From: Kiritimatiellia bacterium
GTDB lineage: Bacteria; Verrucomicrobiota; Kiritimatiellia; CAIQIC01; Lenti-01
Direction of reading: 5' to 3'
DNA length: 64,000 nucleotides
Assembly: GCA_040768005.1 (NCBI GenBank)
Contig: JAXGNL010000008.1
Span: 5,053 to 69,052, forward strand
The notes beneath the pieces were generated by a model. That model did no database searches and was not told the DNA's origin. It saw nothing but the letters and a program-made list of their open reading frames with translations. Positions within the stretch are counted from its first letter, which is position 1. Each line of letters begins with the position of its first letter. Positions 9,142-17,671 of the stretch are shown here, in pieces. Position numbers and translations under genes: made by a program.

Positions 9142-10971
9142 ATGAACAGGCAATGGATTATTGGCTGGATGGGGTTGTTTCTGACGTGCGGATCGCTGCA
9201 AGCCGAACAGTACGGACTGTTCGTGGGCTTGAACCAGTACAGTTCCATCTACATCCCCTCCGACAACTGGCTGAACTACTGCGTTCCGGATGCCGGCGCT
9301 ATGCGAACCAACCTGGTGAACCACGGCGCCGGCTGGGTGACGTCCAACACGACCCTGCTGGTCAATTCCGCCGGAACCAAAACCGCCATCCGGGCCGCCC
9401 TGTCCAACTACGCGGCCCGGGCCGTCTCCGGCGACATCATGGTCTATTTCCATTCCAGCCACGGCGGCAATGACGACGTGACCCAGGCCGATGTCTATCT
9501 CTGTTCCTACAACGCCGACTACACCGAAGACGAATTGGCCGCGGATCTGTCCGCCTTCCGGACCGGGGTGAAGGTCGTGGTAATCGTCGATGCCTGCCAT
9601 TCGGGCGGACTCTTCGTGGAAACCTCGGCGCTCAGTCTGGCCGAGAAAGAGGCCCGCCGCCGGGCGGTCCGCAACTGGAACCTCGCCGAACGCGTCGCCG
9701 CCCGCATGCGGGATCTGCGCATCCTGCGAATGGCATCCGATGCCCGCGCCGCGGCCCGCCTCGTCTCCCCCGACGAGATCGGCTGGATGACGGCCTGCGC
9801 CTACGACCAGTATTCTTACGAGTCCGAGACGATCGGTCACGGCTGGTTCACCTACCGTCTGCTCCAGGGGTTTGACTGGGGCGACGCCTCCGGCGACGGA
9901 TGGGCCTCGTTCCAGGAGCTTTTCGATTTTGCCGTCCTGCGCATTCCCTACGCCGACCAGACCCCGCAATCGCTGAATCCGGGCATCCTGGCGGCGTTGG
10001 CCGGCACCGCCGGCCCCACCCCGCCCGGCGACGCCTGGGACTACGCGGACAACCTCGCCGACGGAGCCACGGATTTACTGCCGCTGACGGAATTCCAGTC
10101 CCATGGCCCCCACTCGCTTCGACAGGATCTCGATGAATCGGACTTCTTCGCTTTTCCCGTCAAAAAAAACCGGCGGTACACCTTCCGCAGCGCCGACCTG
10201 TCCGGCGATGTGGATGCCTATCTCTATACGTGGTCCGAAGAGACCGGGCTGCAGATGATCCGCTACGCCTACGACATCGCCTATCCCGCCGACCTGAATT
10301 TCTCGATGGTGTACCAGGCGGCGGCCTCGGGCACCGTGTATCTGCAGGTGAAACCCTTCTTTGACGGCACCATCAACGCGACATATATCCTTCAGTATGC
10401 CAGCGGCGGCGCGGCGGATTCCTTTCCGGCTCTTTCCAATGGCGTCGCCCGGACCATCGCCTATGTGCCGCAGGATTCGGGCGAAGACTTCCGTATCGTC
10501 GTTCCGGCCGGCCAGACCAATCTGGCCATCACGCTCAACGGCGGCACCGGCGACGCCGACATCTACGTCGCCCGCGGCTACCTCCCCTGGTACGACCAGG
10601 ACTATTTCAGCGAAGCCGCCGGCAACAACGAAAGCATCCGCGTCGCCAATCCCCCCGCCGGCGAGTGGTTCATCCAGGTGTACGGCTACGACTCGAGTTC
10701 CAACATGACGCTCCGCGCCACCTATACCCCCGGCGCGGCCACCATCGTGGCGGCCTCCAACACCGCCACCACCGCGTCCTTTGCCGTGGATCTGACCAAC
10801 GGTGCGCGGGTCGCCATCTATGCCGCGACCAATCTGGTTCCCGCCGGCGGTCACCTCGACTGGCAGCTGCGCAGCAACAATGCCGTGGTGGTCAATGGCA
10901 CGGTCAACCTCAACCTCCGCACCAATGCCCCCCGTGAACTGATCTCGGTCGGCCGTCCTCTCGACCTGTAA
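9142..10971 (+). CDS. Secreted caspase-family (C14, metacaspase-like) protease with PPC-type domain(s) and a conserved C-terminal domain
   Basis: Signal peptide ending GSLQA. FVGLNQY, YFHSSHG (His) and VDACHSGG (Cys) dyad motifs. TLNGGTGDADIYV...GNNESI...AGEWFIQVYGY resembles a PPC domain. Confidence 0.82.
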   Translation: MNRQWIIGWMGLFLTCGSLQAEQYGLFVGLNQYSSIYIPSDNWLNYCVPDAGAMRTNLVNHGAGWVTSNTTLLVNSAGTKTAIRAALSNYAARAVSGDIMVYFHSSHGGNDDVTQADVYLCSYNADYTEDELAADLSAFRTGVKVVVIVDACHSGGLFVETSALSLAEKEARRRAVRNWNLAERVAARMRDLRILRMASDARAAARLVSPDEIGWMTACAYDQYSYESETIGHGWFTYRLLQGFDWGDASGDGWASFQELFDFAVLRIPYADQTPQSLNPGILAALAGTAGPTPPGDAWDYADNLADGATDLLPLTEFQSHGPHSLRQDLDESDFFAFPVKKNRRYTFRSADLSGDVDAYLYTWSEETGLQMIRYAYDIAYPADLNFSMVYQAAASGTVYLQVKPFFDGTINATYILQYASGGAADSFPALSNGVARTIAYVPQDSGEDFRIVVPAGQTNLAITLNGGTGDADIYVARGYLPWYDQDYFSEAAGNNESIRVANPPAGEWFIQVYGYDSSSNMTLRATYTPGAATIVAASNTATTASFAVDLTNGARVAIYAATNLVPAGGHLDWQLRSNNAVVVNGTVNLNLRTNAPRELISVGRPLDL

Positions 10972-11135
10972 GGGCTGCGGGTTTCCCGTCCGACACCGAT
11001 TTTCCGGTTCTGCCCGGAGTTCTCTTGGCTGGTTTTTTCTCCTTTTCGGCCAATTTGGCGCGTCGGGAGCTCCCGGCCGAACGGCAACTCTGCCGCGTAA
11101 AACGTTTCTTCCGGCAGGATTTTTCATTTTTTGTA

Positions 11136-11163
11136 TTGCGTCCCCCCCCCTCTGTGCTAGGAT
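11136..11163 (+). promoter_or_regulatory. Candidate sigma70 promoter for PFOR
   Basis: TTGCGT-16 nt-TAGGAT with a TG extended -10, about 80 nt upstream of the ATG. Confidence 0.45.
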
Positions 11164-11244
11164 GCGCCCCGTGTGCGTTCCGGCGTTTGTGCCGGAAGAC
11201 ACCAGGTCGATTTAGAACAACCCCCTCCCGGAGCATCACGCCAT

Positions 11245-14200
11245 ATGAGCAAAGACAAGAAAATCGCGATCATTGACGGCAACGAAGCCGCCGCCCACAT
11301 CGCCTTCAAGACCAACGAAGTCGCTGCGATCTATCCCATCACGCCGTCCTCGAACATGGGCGAATGGGCCGACCAGTGGGCATCCGAAGGCCGCACCAAC
11401 CTCTGGGGCACCGTGCCGACCGTCGCCGAACTGCAGTCCGAAGGCGGGGCCTCCGGCGCCGTGCACGGCGCGCTGCAGTCCGGCGCCCTCACCACCACCT
11501 TCACCGCCTCGCAGGGCCTCCTGCTGATGATCCCCAACATGTACAAGATCGCCGGGGAACTGACCTCGACCGTCTTCCATGTCTCCGCCCGCTCCATCGC
11601 CGCCTCCGCCCTCTCGATTTTCGGCGACCACCAGGATGTCATGGCCTGCCGTCAGATCGGCTGGGCCATGCTCGCCTCCAACAGCGTCCAGGAAGTCATG
11701 GATACGGCCCTGATCGCCCAGGCCGCCACCCTCCAGTCGCGCGTGCCCTTCCTGCATTTCTTCGACGGCTTCCGCACCTCCCACGAGGTCAGCAAGGTGG
11801 AAATGATCTCCGACGAGATCATCCGCGCCATGATCAGCGACCAGCTGATCGCCGACCACCGGGCGCGCGCGCTCAATCCCGAAAAGCCCTTCATCCGGGG
11901 CACCGCCCAGAACCCCGACGTCTATTTCCAGGGGCGCGAGGCCGTCAACAAGTTCTACGAGGCCTGCCCGGACATCGTCGCCGCGGCCATGGAGCAGTTC
12001 GGCAAGCTGACGGGACGCCACTACAAGCCCTTTGACTACATCGGCGCGCCCGACGCCGAGCGCGTCATCGTGCTGATGGGCTCCGGCGCCGAAACCGCGC
12101 TGGAAACGATCGAGGAACTGCAGAAGCAGGGCGAAAAGATCGGGGCCATCGTGGTGCGCCTCTACCGCCCGTTCTCGCTGAAGTACTTCCTCGCGGCCCT
12201 GCCGGCGACCGCCAAGGCCGTCGGCGTGCTCGACCGCACCAAGGAACCCGGCTCCGACGGCGAGCCGCTCTACAAGGACGTGCTGTCGTGCCTCGCGCAG
12301 GCGGCCGCCGACGGCGCCTTCCCCGCCCTGCCCAAGGTCATCGGCGGGCGCTACGGCCTGTCTTCGAAGGAATTCACCCCGGCCATGGTCAAGGCGGTCT
12401 TCGACGAGCTCAAAAAGGACAAGCCCAAAAACGGGTTCACCGTGGGCATCACCGACGACGTCACCCACACCAGCCTGGATCTGGACCCCGCGTTCTTCAT
12501 CCGCCATCCCGGCGTCACCAATGCCATGTTCTTCGGCCTCGGCGCCGACGGCACCGTGGGCGCCAACAAGAACTCCATCAAGATCATCGGCGAAGAGACG
12601 GATTTCCACGCGCAGGGCTACTTTGTTTATGACTCCAAGAAGTCCGGTTCGCGCACCATCTCGCATCTGCGGTTCGGCCCCAACCCGATCCACAGCCCCT
12701 ACCTGATCCAGAAAGCCGGCTTCATCGCCTGCCACCAGTACGAGTTCCTCTTCCAGACCGACATCCTCCGCTACGCCTCCACCGGCGGCGTCTTCCTCCT
12801 CAACAGCCCCTTCGCCAAGGACGAGGTCTGGAACAAGCTGCCCAAGAAGGTCCAGGCCCGGATCATCGAGAAGAAACTGAAGTTCTACAACATTGACGGC
12901 TATGCGGTCGCCGAACGCACCGGCATGGGCTCGCGCGTCAATACCATCATGCAGACCTGCTTCTTCGCCATTTCCGGCGTCCTGCCCAAGGACGACGCCA
13001 TTGCGAAGATCAAGAAATCCATCCAGAAGACCTACGGCAAGAAGGGCGATGAAATCGTCCAGAAGAACTTCAAGGCCGTGGACGAGACTCTCGCCAATCT
13101 GTTCGAGATCCCCTACAGCGAGGTCACCTCCACCCTCGAGATTCCCCCGCCGGTGTCGGACCAGGCCCCGGACTTCGTCAAGGAGGTCATCGCCCCCATC
13201 ATGGTGGGCGACGGCGACGGGCTGCCGGTCTCCAAGATGCCGGTGGACGGCACGTTCCCCTCCGCCACCACGCGCTGGGAGAAACGCAATGTGGCGCTCA
13301 ACGTTCCGATCTGGGACGAGCAGGAATGCATCCAGTGCGGCACCTGCTCGTTCGTGTGCCCGCATGCCGTCATCCGCGCCAACGAGTACGACAAGACCCT
13401 GCTGGACAAGGCGCCGGCCGGCTTCAAGCATGCGCCCGTCCGCGGCAAGGACGACAAGGCCTACACCCTGCAGATCTATGTCGAGGACTGCACGGGCTGC
13501 GGCGTCTGCGTCGCCTCCTGCCCGAAAAAGAACAAGAACGACCCCTCCCGCAAGGCCATCAACCTCGGGCCCAAACTCCCGATCGTCGAGCAGGAGCGCC
13601 GGAACATCGCGTTCTTCGAGTCCCTGCCCGTGATGGACCGCGCCAAGCTCAACCTCGGCATGGTCAAGGACACCCAGTACACCGTGCCGCTCTTCGAGTT
13701 CTCCGGCGCCTGCGCCGGCTGCGGCGAAACGCCCTATCTCAGCCTGATGAGCAAGCTCTTCGGCGACCGGGCCATCATCGCCAACGCCACCGGCTGCTCG
13801 TCCATCTACGGAGGCAACCTGCCCACCACCCCGTGGGCCCAGAACCGCGACGGCCGCGGACCCGCCTGGTCCAACAGCCTGTTCGAGGATGCCGCGGAGT
13901 TCGGCTACGGCTTCCGCCTGACCTGCGACCAGCAGGCCCGCTACGCCGCCCAGCTCGTCGAGGCCCTCAAGACCGACATCGGCGACGACCTGGCCCAGGG
14001 GCTGCTGGACGCCGACCAGAAGGACGAAGGCGGCATCGCCGCCCAGCGCGAACGCGTCGCCCAACTCAAGCGGAAACTGGCCGGCAACGGCAAGCCCGAA
14101 GCCCTGAATCTCCTCTCCGTCGCCGATTTCCTCATCCGGAAATCCGTCTGGATCGTCGGCGGCGACGGCTGGGCCTATGACATCGGCTACGGCGGGCTCG

Positions 14201-14808
14201 ACCACGTCCTCGCCTCCGGCGCCAACGTCAACATCCTGGTCCTCGATACCGAGGTGTATTCCAACACCGGCGGACAGGCCTCCAAGTCCACCCCGCTCGG
14301 CGCGGTCGCCAAGTTCGCCGCCGGCGGCAAGCCCTCGGAAAAGAAGGACCTGGCCCTGATGGCCATGAACTACGACAACGTCTATGTGGCGCGCGTCGCC
14401 TTCGGCGCCAACGCCCCGCAGACCATCAAGGCCTTCAAGGAAGCCGAAGCCCACGACGGCCCGTCCATCATCATCGCCTATTCCCACTGCATCGCGCACG
14501 GGATGAAGGAAATGCGCGACGGCCTCGAGCAGCAGAAGCTGGCGGTTAATTCCGGCCACTGGATCCTCTGCCGCCGCAATCCCGCCCTCGCCGCCGACGG
14601 CAAGAACCCCCTGCAGCTCGACAGCAAGGCGCCGTCGGTCGATCTCAAGGACTACATCTATAACGAGACCCGTTACAAGATGCTGCTCAAGAGCAATCCC
14701 GAGGCCGCCGCCAGGCTGCTGGACATGGCCCAGGCCAACGTCAGGAAGGATTGGGCCAAGTACGCCAAGCTCGCCGACCTGCCCGCCCCCGCCGCCCCCA
14801 AGGCATAG
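11245..14808 (+). CDS. nifJ: Pyruvate:ferredoxin (flavodoxin) oxidoreductase
   Basis: IDGNEAAA, YPITPSS, QSEGGA, two ferredoxin motifs (CIQCGTCSFVCP, CTGCGVCVASCP), GACAGCGET and GGDGWAYDIG. Confidence 0.97.
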   Translation: MSKDKKIAIIDGNEAAAHIAFKTNEVAAIYPITPSSNMGEWADQWASEGRTNLWGTVPTVAELQSEGGASGAVHGALQSGALTTTFTASQGLLLMIPNMYKIAGELTSTVFHVSARSIAASALSIFGDHQDVMACRQIGWAMLASNSVQEVMDTALIAQAATLQSRVPFLHFFDGFRTSHEVSKVEMISDEIIRAMISDQLIADHRARALNPEKPFIRGTAQNPDVYFQGREAVNKFYEACPDIVAAAMEQFGKLTGRHYKPFDYIGAPDAERVIVLMGSGAETALETIEELQKQGEKIGAIVVRLYRPFSLKYFLAALPATAKAVGVLDRTKEPGSDGEPLYKDVLSCLAQAAADGAFPALPKVIGGRYGLSSKEFTPAMVKAVFDELKKDKPKNGFTVGITDDVTHTSLDLDPAFFIRHPGVTNAMFFGLGADGTVGANKNSIKIIGEETDFHAQGYFVYDSKKSGSRTISHLRFGPNPIHSPYLIQKAGFIACHQYEFLFQTDILRYASTGGVFLLNSPFAKDEVWNKLPKKVQARIIEKKLKFYNIDGYAVAERTGMGSRVNTIMQTCFFAISGVLPKDDAIAKIKKSIQKTYGKKGDEIVQKNFKAVDETLANLFEIPYSEVTSTLEIPPPVSDQAPDFVKEVIAPIMVGDGDGLPVSKMPVDGTFPSATTRWEKRNVALNVPIWDEQECIQCGTCSFVCPHAVIRANEYDKTLLDKAPAGFKHAPVRGKDDKAYTLQIYVEDCTGCGVCVASCPKKNKNDPSRKAINLGPKLPIVEQERRNIAFFESLPVMDRAKLNLGMVKDTQYTVPLFEFSGACAGCGETPYLSLMSKLFGDRAIIANATGCSSIYGGNLPTTPWAQNRDGRGPAWSNSLFEDAAEFGYGFRLTCDQQARYAAQLVEALKTDIGDDLAQGLLDADQKDEGGIAAQRERVAQLKRKLAGNGKPEALNLLSVADFLIRKSVWIVGGDGWAYDIGYGGLDHVLASGANVNILVLDTEVYSNTGGQASKSTPLGAVAKFAAGGKPSEKKDLALMAMNYDNVYVARVAFGANAPQTIKAFKEAEAHDGPSIIIAYSHCIAHGMKEMRDGLEQQKLAVNSGHWILCRRNPALAADGKNPLQLDSKAPSVDLKDYIYNETRYKMLLKSNPEAAARLLDMAQANVRKDWAKYAKLADLPAPAAPKA

Positions 14809-14825
14809 TCGGCTTGAATGCCCCC

Positions 14826-14855
14826 GCGCCCCGGAGAAATCCGGGGCGCTTTGTT
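14826..14855 (+). terminator. Hairpin/terminator after PFOR; member of the GCGCCCCGGA-N-TCCGGGGCGC repeat family
   Basis: GCGCCCCGGAGAAATCCGGGGCGC followed by TTTGTT. Near-identical copies at 16496-16519 and 29211-29232. Confidence 0.7.
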
Positions 14856-14919
14856 CTCATCAACCGGATCGCTGCAACTGCGCCGCCGGCGGCACGCCCG
14901 GCGCCCGCTCTCCTCATGA

Positions 14920-16161
14920 TCAAGGACCCGGCTCCGCCCCGGGCATCCGGTCCCGCAGGAATCCGGCCAGGATCCGCGCCACTGCGGCGTGGCCTCGCGG
15001 CGTCAGATGGATGTTCCCGGGAAAATAAAGCAAGTTCTCCTCCAGGGGCGGAGCCGCCCGGGCGATCTCCTGCAGGGCCGGCGTCAGGTCGATGAAGGAA
15101 ATCCCCAATTCCCCCGCCGCCTGTTCCAGATGCCGCCGCTGGTCCCGGCTGAACGCCTCCAGCACGCTTCCCACCCCGGGGTCCCGGAAGACCGCCGGCG
15201 AATAGGCGATCGCGGCCGCCGGCGTGTAGGCCAGCACCGGCCGGAAGCCGTGATCGTCGGCAAGCCGCTTGAACTCGCGGAGCGGTTCGTCGAACACCTC
15301 GTAGGGGATTTCTCCGGCGACGGCCCGCCGCGCGTACACCACCTCGTCGCGGCTGCTCTGCTCGGGATTGAACGGAATAGATCCAACCTGGAACCGGTAG
15401 TCCACGCGGCCTTCCAGTTTTTCGAACCGGGCGTGTTCCCGCCAATAGATGACGCTGCCCGCAACCAGGTTCCACGCAAGGCTGCGGCGCCACAGGAATC
15501 CCCTCTTGCCTTCGTCTCCCGCGCGCCCGGCCCCGGGAGAGGCTCCCTTCCGGTACGCCAGATGCTCTGCGACATTCAGGATATCGTTGCCTTCGTAGAG
15601 GTTCATCACCACCACGCGCGGCGACTTGGCCAAGCCGTACCGCTTCAGGATCTGCAGGTATTCGTACGGACCATTGCCGCCCCGGCCCAAATTGTACGAC
15701 GTGCATCCCAGCCTTTCGCCCAGCCGGATCGGCCAGGCGTCCCCGGGTTCCACCGCCGAGGGCCACGTGAACGAATCGCCGATCGCAACCAGGTCGATCT
15801 TCGCATGGGCGTCATAGATCCCGGGGGGATTGCCAAACCCGATCTCGTCGGTCTTCACCTCCCGGACGGCCCCGCAGTTGTTCGTGCCGAACGGCCGGAG
15901 TCCGTACGGCTTGACGGCAAACGGCTTGAAAATCCGGATGGCGTCTCCGCCGTCGTCGCGCGGCAGCAGGATGGTGTCGGCCCGGGTCGGAAAGCGGCCT
16001 TGCGCCAGCTTGGCGCGCAGCGCGGGTTCGAAATGCACCAGCGCCTTGGCCGGAACGGCCCACGGGCAGATCCGGAACGCGATTTCCAGTCCCACCGCGA
16101 AAACGCCGAGACTGATCAGCAGTTTCAGCGCCACGCCAGCCGCTTTCCGCCGCGTCGTCAT
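14920..16161 (-). CDS. SGNH/GDSL hydrolase-like membrane-anchored protein
   Basis: N-terminal TM helix, AIGDSFT block I, YNLGRGGNGP, NLYEGNDI and C-terminal NIHLTPRGH. Start trimmed to MTTRRK. Confidence 0.75.
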   Translation of the reverse strand: MTTRRKAAGVALKLLISLGVFAVGLEIAFRICPWAVPAKALVHFEPALRAKLAQGRFPTRADTILLPRDDGGDAIRIFKPFAVKPYGLRPFGTNNCGAVREVKTDEIGFGNPPGIYDAHAKIDLVAIGDSFTWPSAVEPGDAWPIRLGERLGCTSYNLGRGGNGPYEYLQILKRYGLAKSPRVVVMNLYEGNDILNVAEHLAYRKGASPGAGRAGDEGKRGFLWRRSLAWNLVAGSVIYWREHARFEKLEGRVDYRFQVGSIPFNPEQSSRDEVVYARRAVAGEIPYEVFDEPLREFKRLADDHGFRPVLAYTPAAAIAYSPAVFRDPGVGSVLEAFSRDQRRHLEQAAGELGISFIDLTPALQEIARAAPPLEENLLYFPGNIHLTPRGHAAVARILAGFLRDRMPGAEPGP

Positions 16162-16495
16162 GCGCCGTTCCTGGATGCCGCTGGACGCGCTGGAGTTATC
16201 ATGCGAACCAAACGAAGGGTTGGCAGCAGGGGGAGAGACGCCCACTCCGGTTTTGGGAGAAATCGCAACCATGTCCATCAGGCTAAAGCCGGCGATTCCG
16301 ACGGGCAATGCCCAAATCCTGAATTCTGCCCAAGAACCCGGGTGTTGCCCGGACGATCGCTGTGCCTTCGACGAAGCGTCATGCGGCGCCAAAGCTTCAT
16401 CCGGCCCGCGTTCGCGTTCTGGAGCGCTGCCGCCCGCCCCGGGAGCGCGCCGGCTCCCTCCGGAGCCCCGACGACCTCGTCGGGCAGCTCGTTCC

Positions 16496-16519
16496 GCGCT
16501 CCGGAAAAATCCGGGGCGC
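16496..16519. repeat. Palindromic repeat, second copy of the GCGCCCCGGA family
   Basis: GCGCTCCGGAAAAATCCGGGGCGC followed by TTTCGTTT. Confidence 0.65.
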
Positions 16520-16598
16520 TTTCGTTTCTCCGTTCAGCTTAAGCAATCTTCAGGATTGAGGCTTTGACCTGCGGCCTCCCAGGCGCGACATTGCCGCC

Positions 16599-17375
16599 AT
16601 GGGAAACATATGTCCAGATTCGCCTTTCTGGAACGCGCCTGACAGCGGCCGGCCCGTGGAACTGTCGATCCTCATCCCGGCCTATAACGAGGACGCCTGC
16701 ATCGCCGCGGTGGTTCGCGAAACAGCCTGTGTCCTGCACGGACTGGGCCGGTCGTTTGAAATCGTCGTGGTGGACGACGCCTCGAGCGATTGGACCCCGG
16801 GACGCCTGAATGACCTGTGCGCAGAAGTGCCCGAGCTTCGCGCTCTTCGACTGGCAACCAACTCCGGCCAAAGCGCGGCCCTGCAGGCCGCCTTCCGCAC
16901 CGCGCGCGGCCGGATTTTGGTCACGCTGGACGCCGATGGCCAGAATGATCCCTCCGACATCCCCGCCCTGATCGACGAACTCGCAACCTGCGACCTCTGC
17001 TGCGGGTACCGCGTCCACCGGCAGGACGTCTGGTCCAAGCGCATCGGCAGCCGGCTGGCCAATACCGTGCGCAACCGCGTCCTGCGGGAAACCATCCGCG
17101 ACACCGGCTGCACCCTCAAGGCATTCCGCGCCGAGTGGACCGCCCACCTGCCCCTCCAGTTCCGCGGCCTGCACCGCTTCATACCGGCCCTGCTGGGCAT
17201 GGCCGGCGCACGCATCTCGGAAATTCCCGTGCACCACCGTCCACGCGCCGCGGGCCAAAGCAAATACACCAACTGGGGCCGTCTCAAGGAATCCCTCTGG
17301 GACCTCTGGGCGCTCCGCTGGATGCAGAAACGATACAGGTCAATCCGAACGGCTCCCCTGCAATGGACACGCTGA
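16599..17375 (+). CDS. Glycosyltransferase family 2 (ArnC/DPM-synthase-like polyprenyl-phosphate GT)
   Basis: LSILIPAYNE, VVDDASSD, NSGQSAAL, TLDADGQND, DTGCTLKAFR, HRFIPAL and HRPRAAGQSKY. Confidence 0.9.
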   Translation: MGNICPDSPFWNAPDSGRPVELSILIPAYNEDACIAAVVRETACVLHGLGRSFEIVVVDDASSDWTPGRLNDLCAEVPELRALRLATNSGQSAALQAAFRTARGRILVTLDADGQNDPSDIPALIDELATCDLCCGYRVHRQDVWSKRIGSRLANTVRNRVLRETIRDTGCTLKAFRAEWTAHLPLQFRGLHRFIPALLGMAGARISEIPVHHRPRAAGQSKYTNWGRLKESLWDLWALRWMQKRYRSIRTAPLQWTR

Positions 17376-17671
17376 AGCATTTTCTGGACGTGCTGGCCCA
17401 GCCGATGGGCCTGCTGGGACTGGCGGGACAGGCCCTGTTCTTCTCCCGCTTTCTCGTGCAATGGGTCGCCTCGGAAAAATCGGGCCGTTCCGTGGTCCCG
17501 CTTTCGTTCTGGTACCTCTCCATCGGCGGCGGCGGGCTGTTGCTGATCTATGCCCTCTGGCGAAAAGACCCGGTCATCACCCTCGGCCAGGCCGTCGGCC
17601 TGTTCGTCTACGTACGCAATCTGATGCTGATCCACCGCCGTCAATCCGTTTCGCCCCCCACCGCCTCATGA
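17363..17671 (+). CDS. Lipid A biosynthesis N-terminal domain (LAB_N) membrane protein
   Basis: GQALFFSRFLVQWVASEKSGRSVVPLSFWYLSIGGG...RKDPV is the typical LAB_N pattern. Confidence 0.88.
   Translation: MDTLKHFLDVLAQPMGLLGLAGQALFFSRFLVQWVASEKSGRSVVPLSFWYLSIGGGGLLLIYALWRKDPVITLGQAVGLFVYVRNLMLIHRRQSVSPPTAS

Noticed and set aside
11236-14559. 1107-aa antisense ORF over PFOR (likewise 17641-20628, 34924-37473, 48242-50935 and 52996-56682)
   Set aside because: These are shadow ORFs from high-GC codon bias opposite well-supported genes, with no recognisable motifs.
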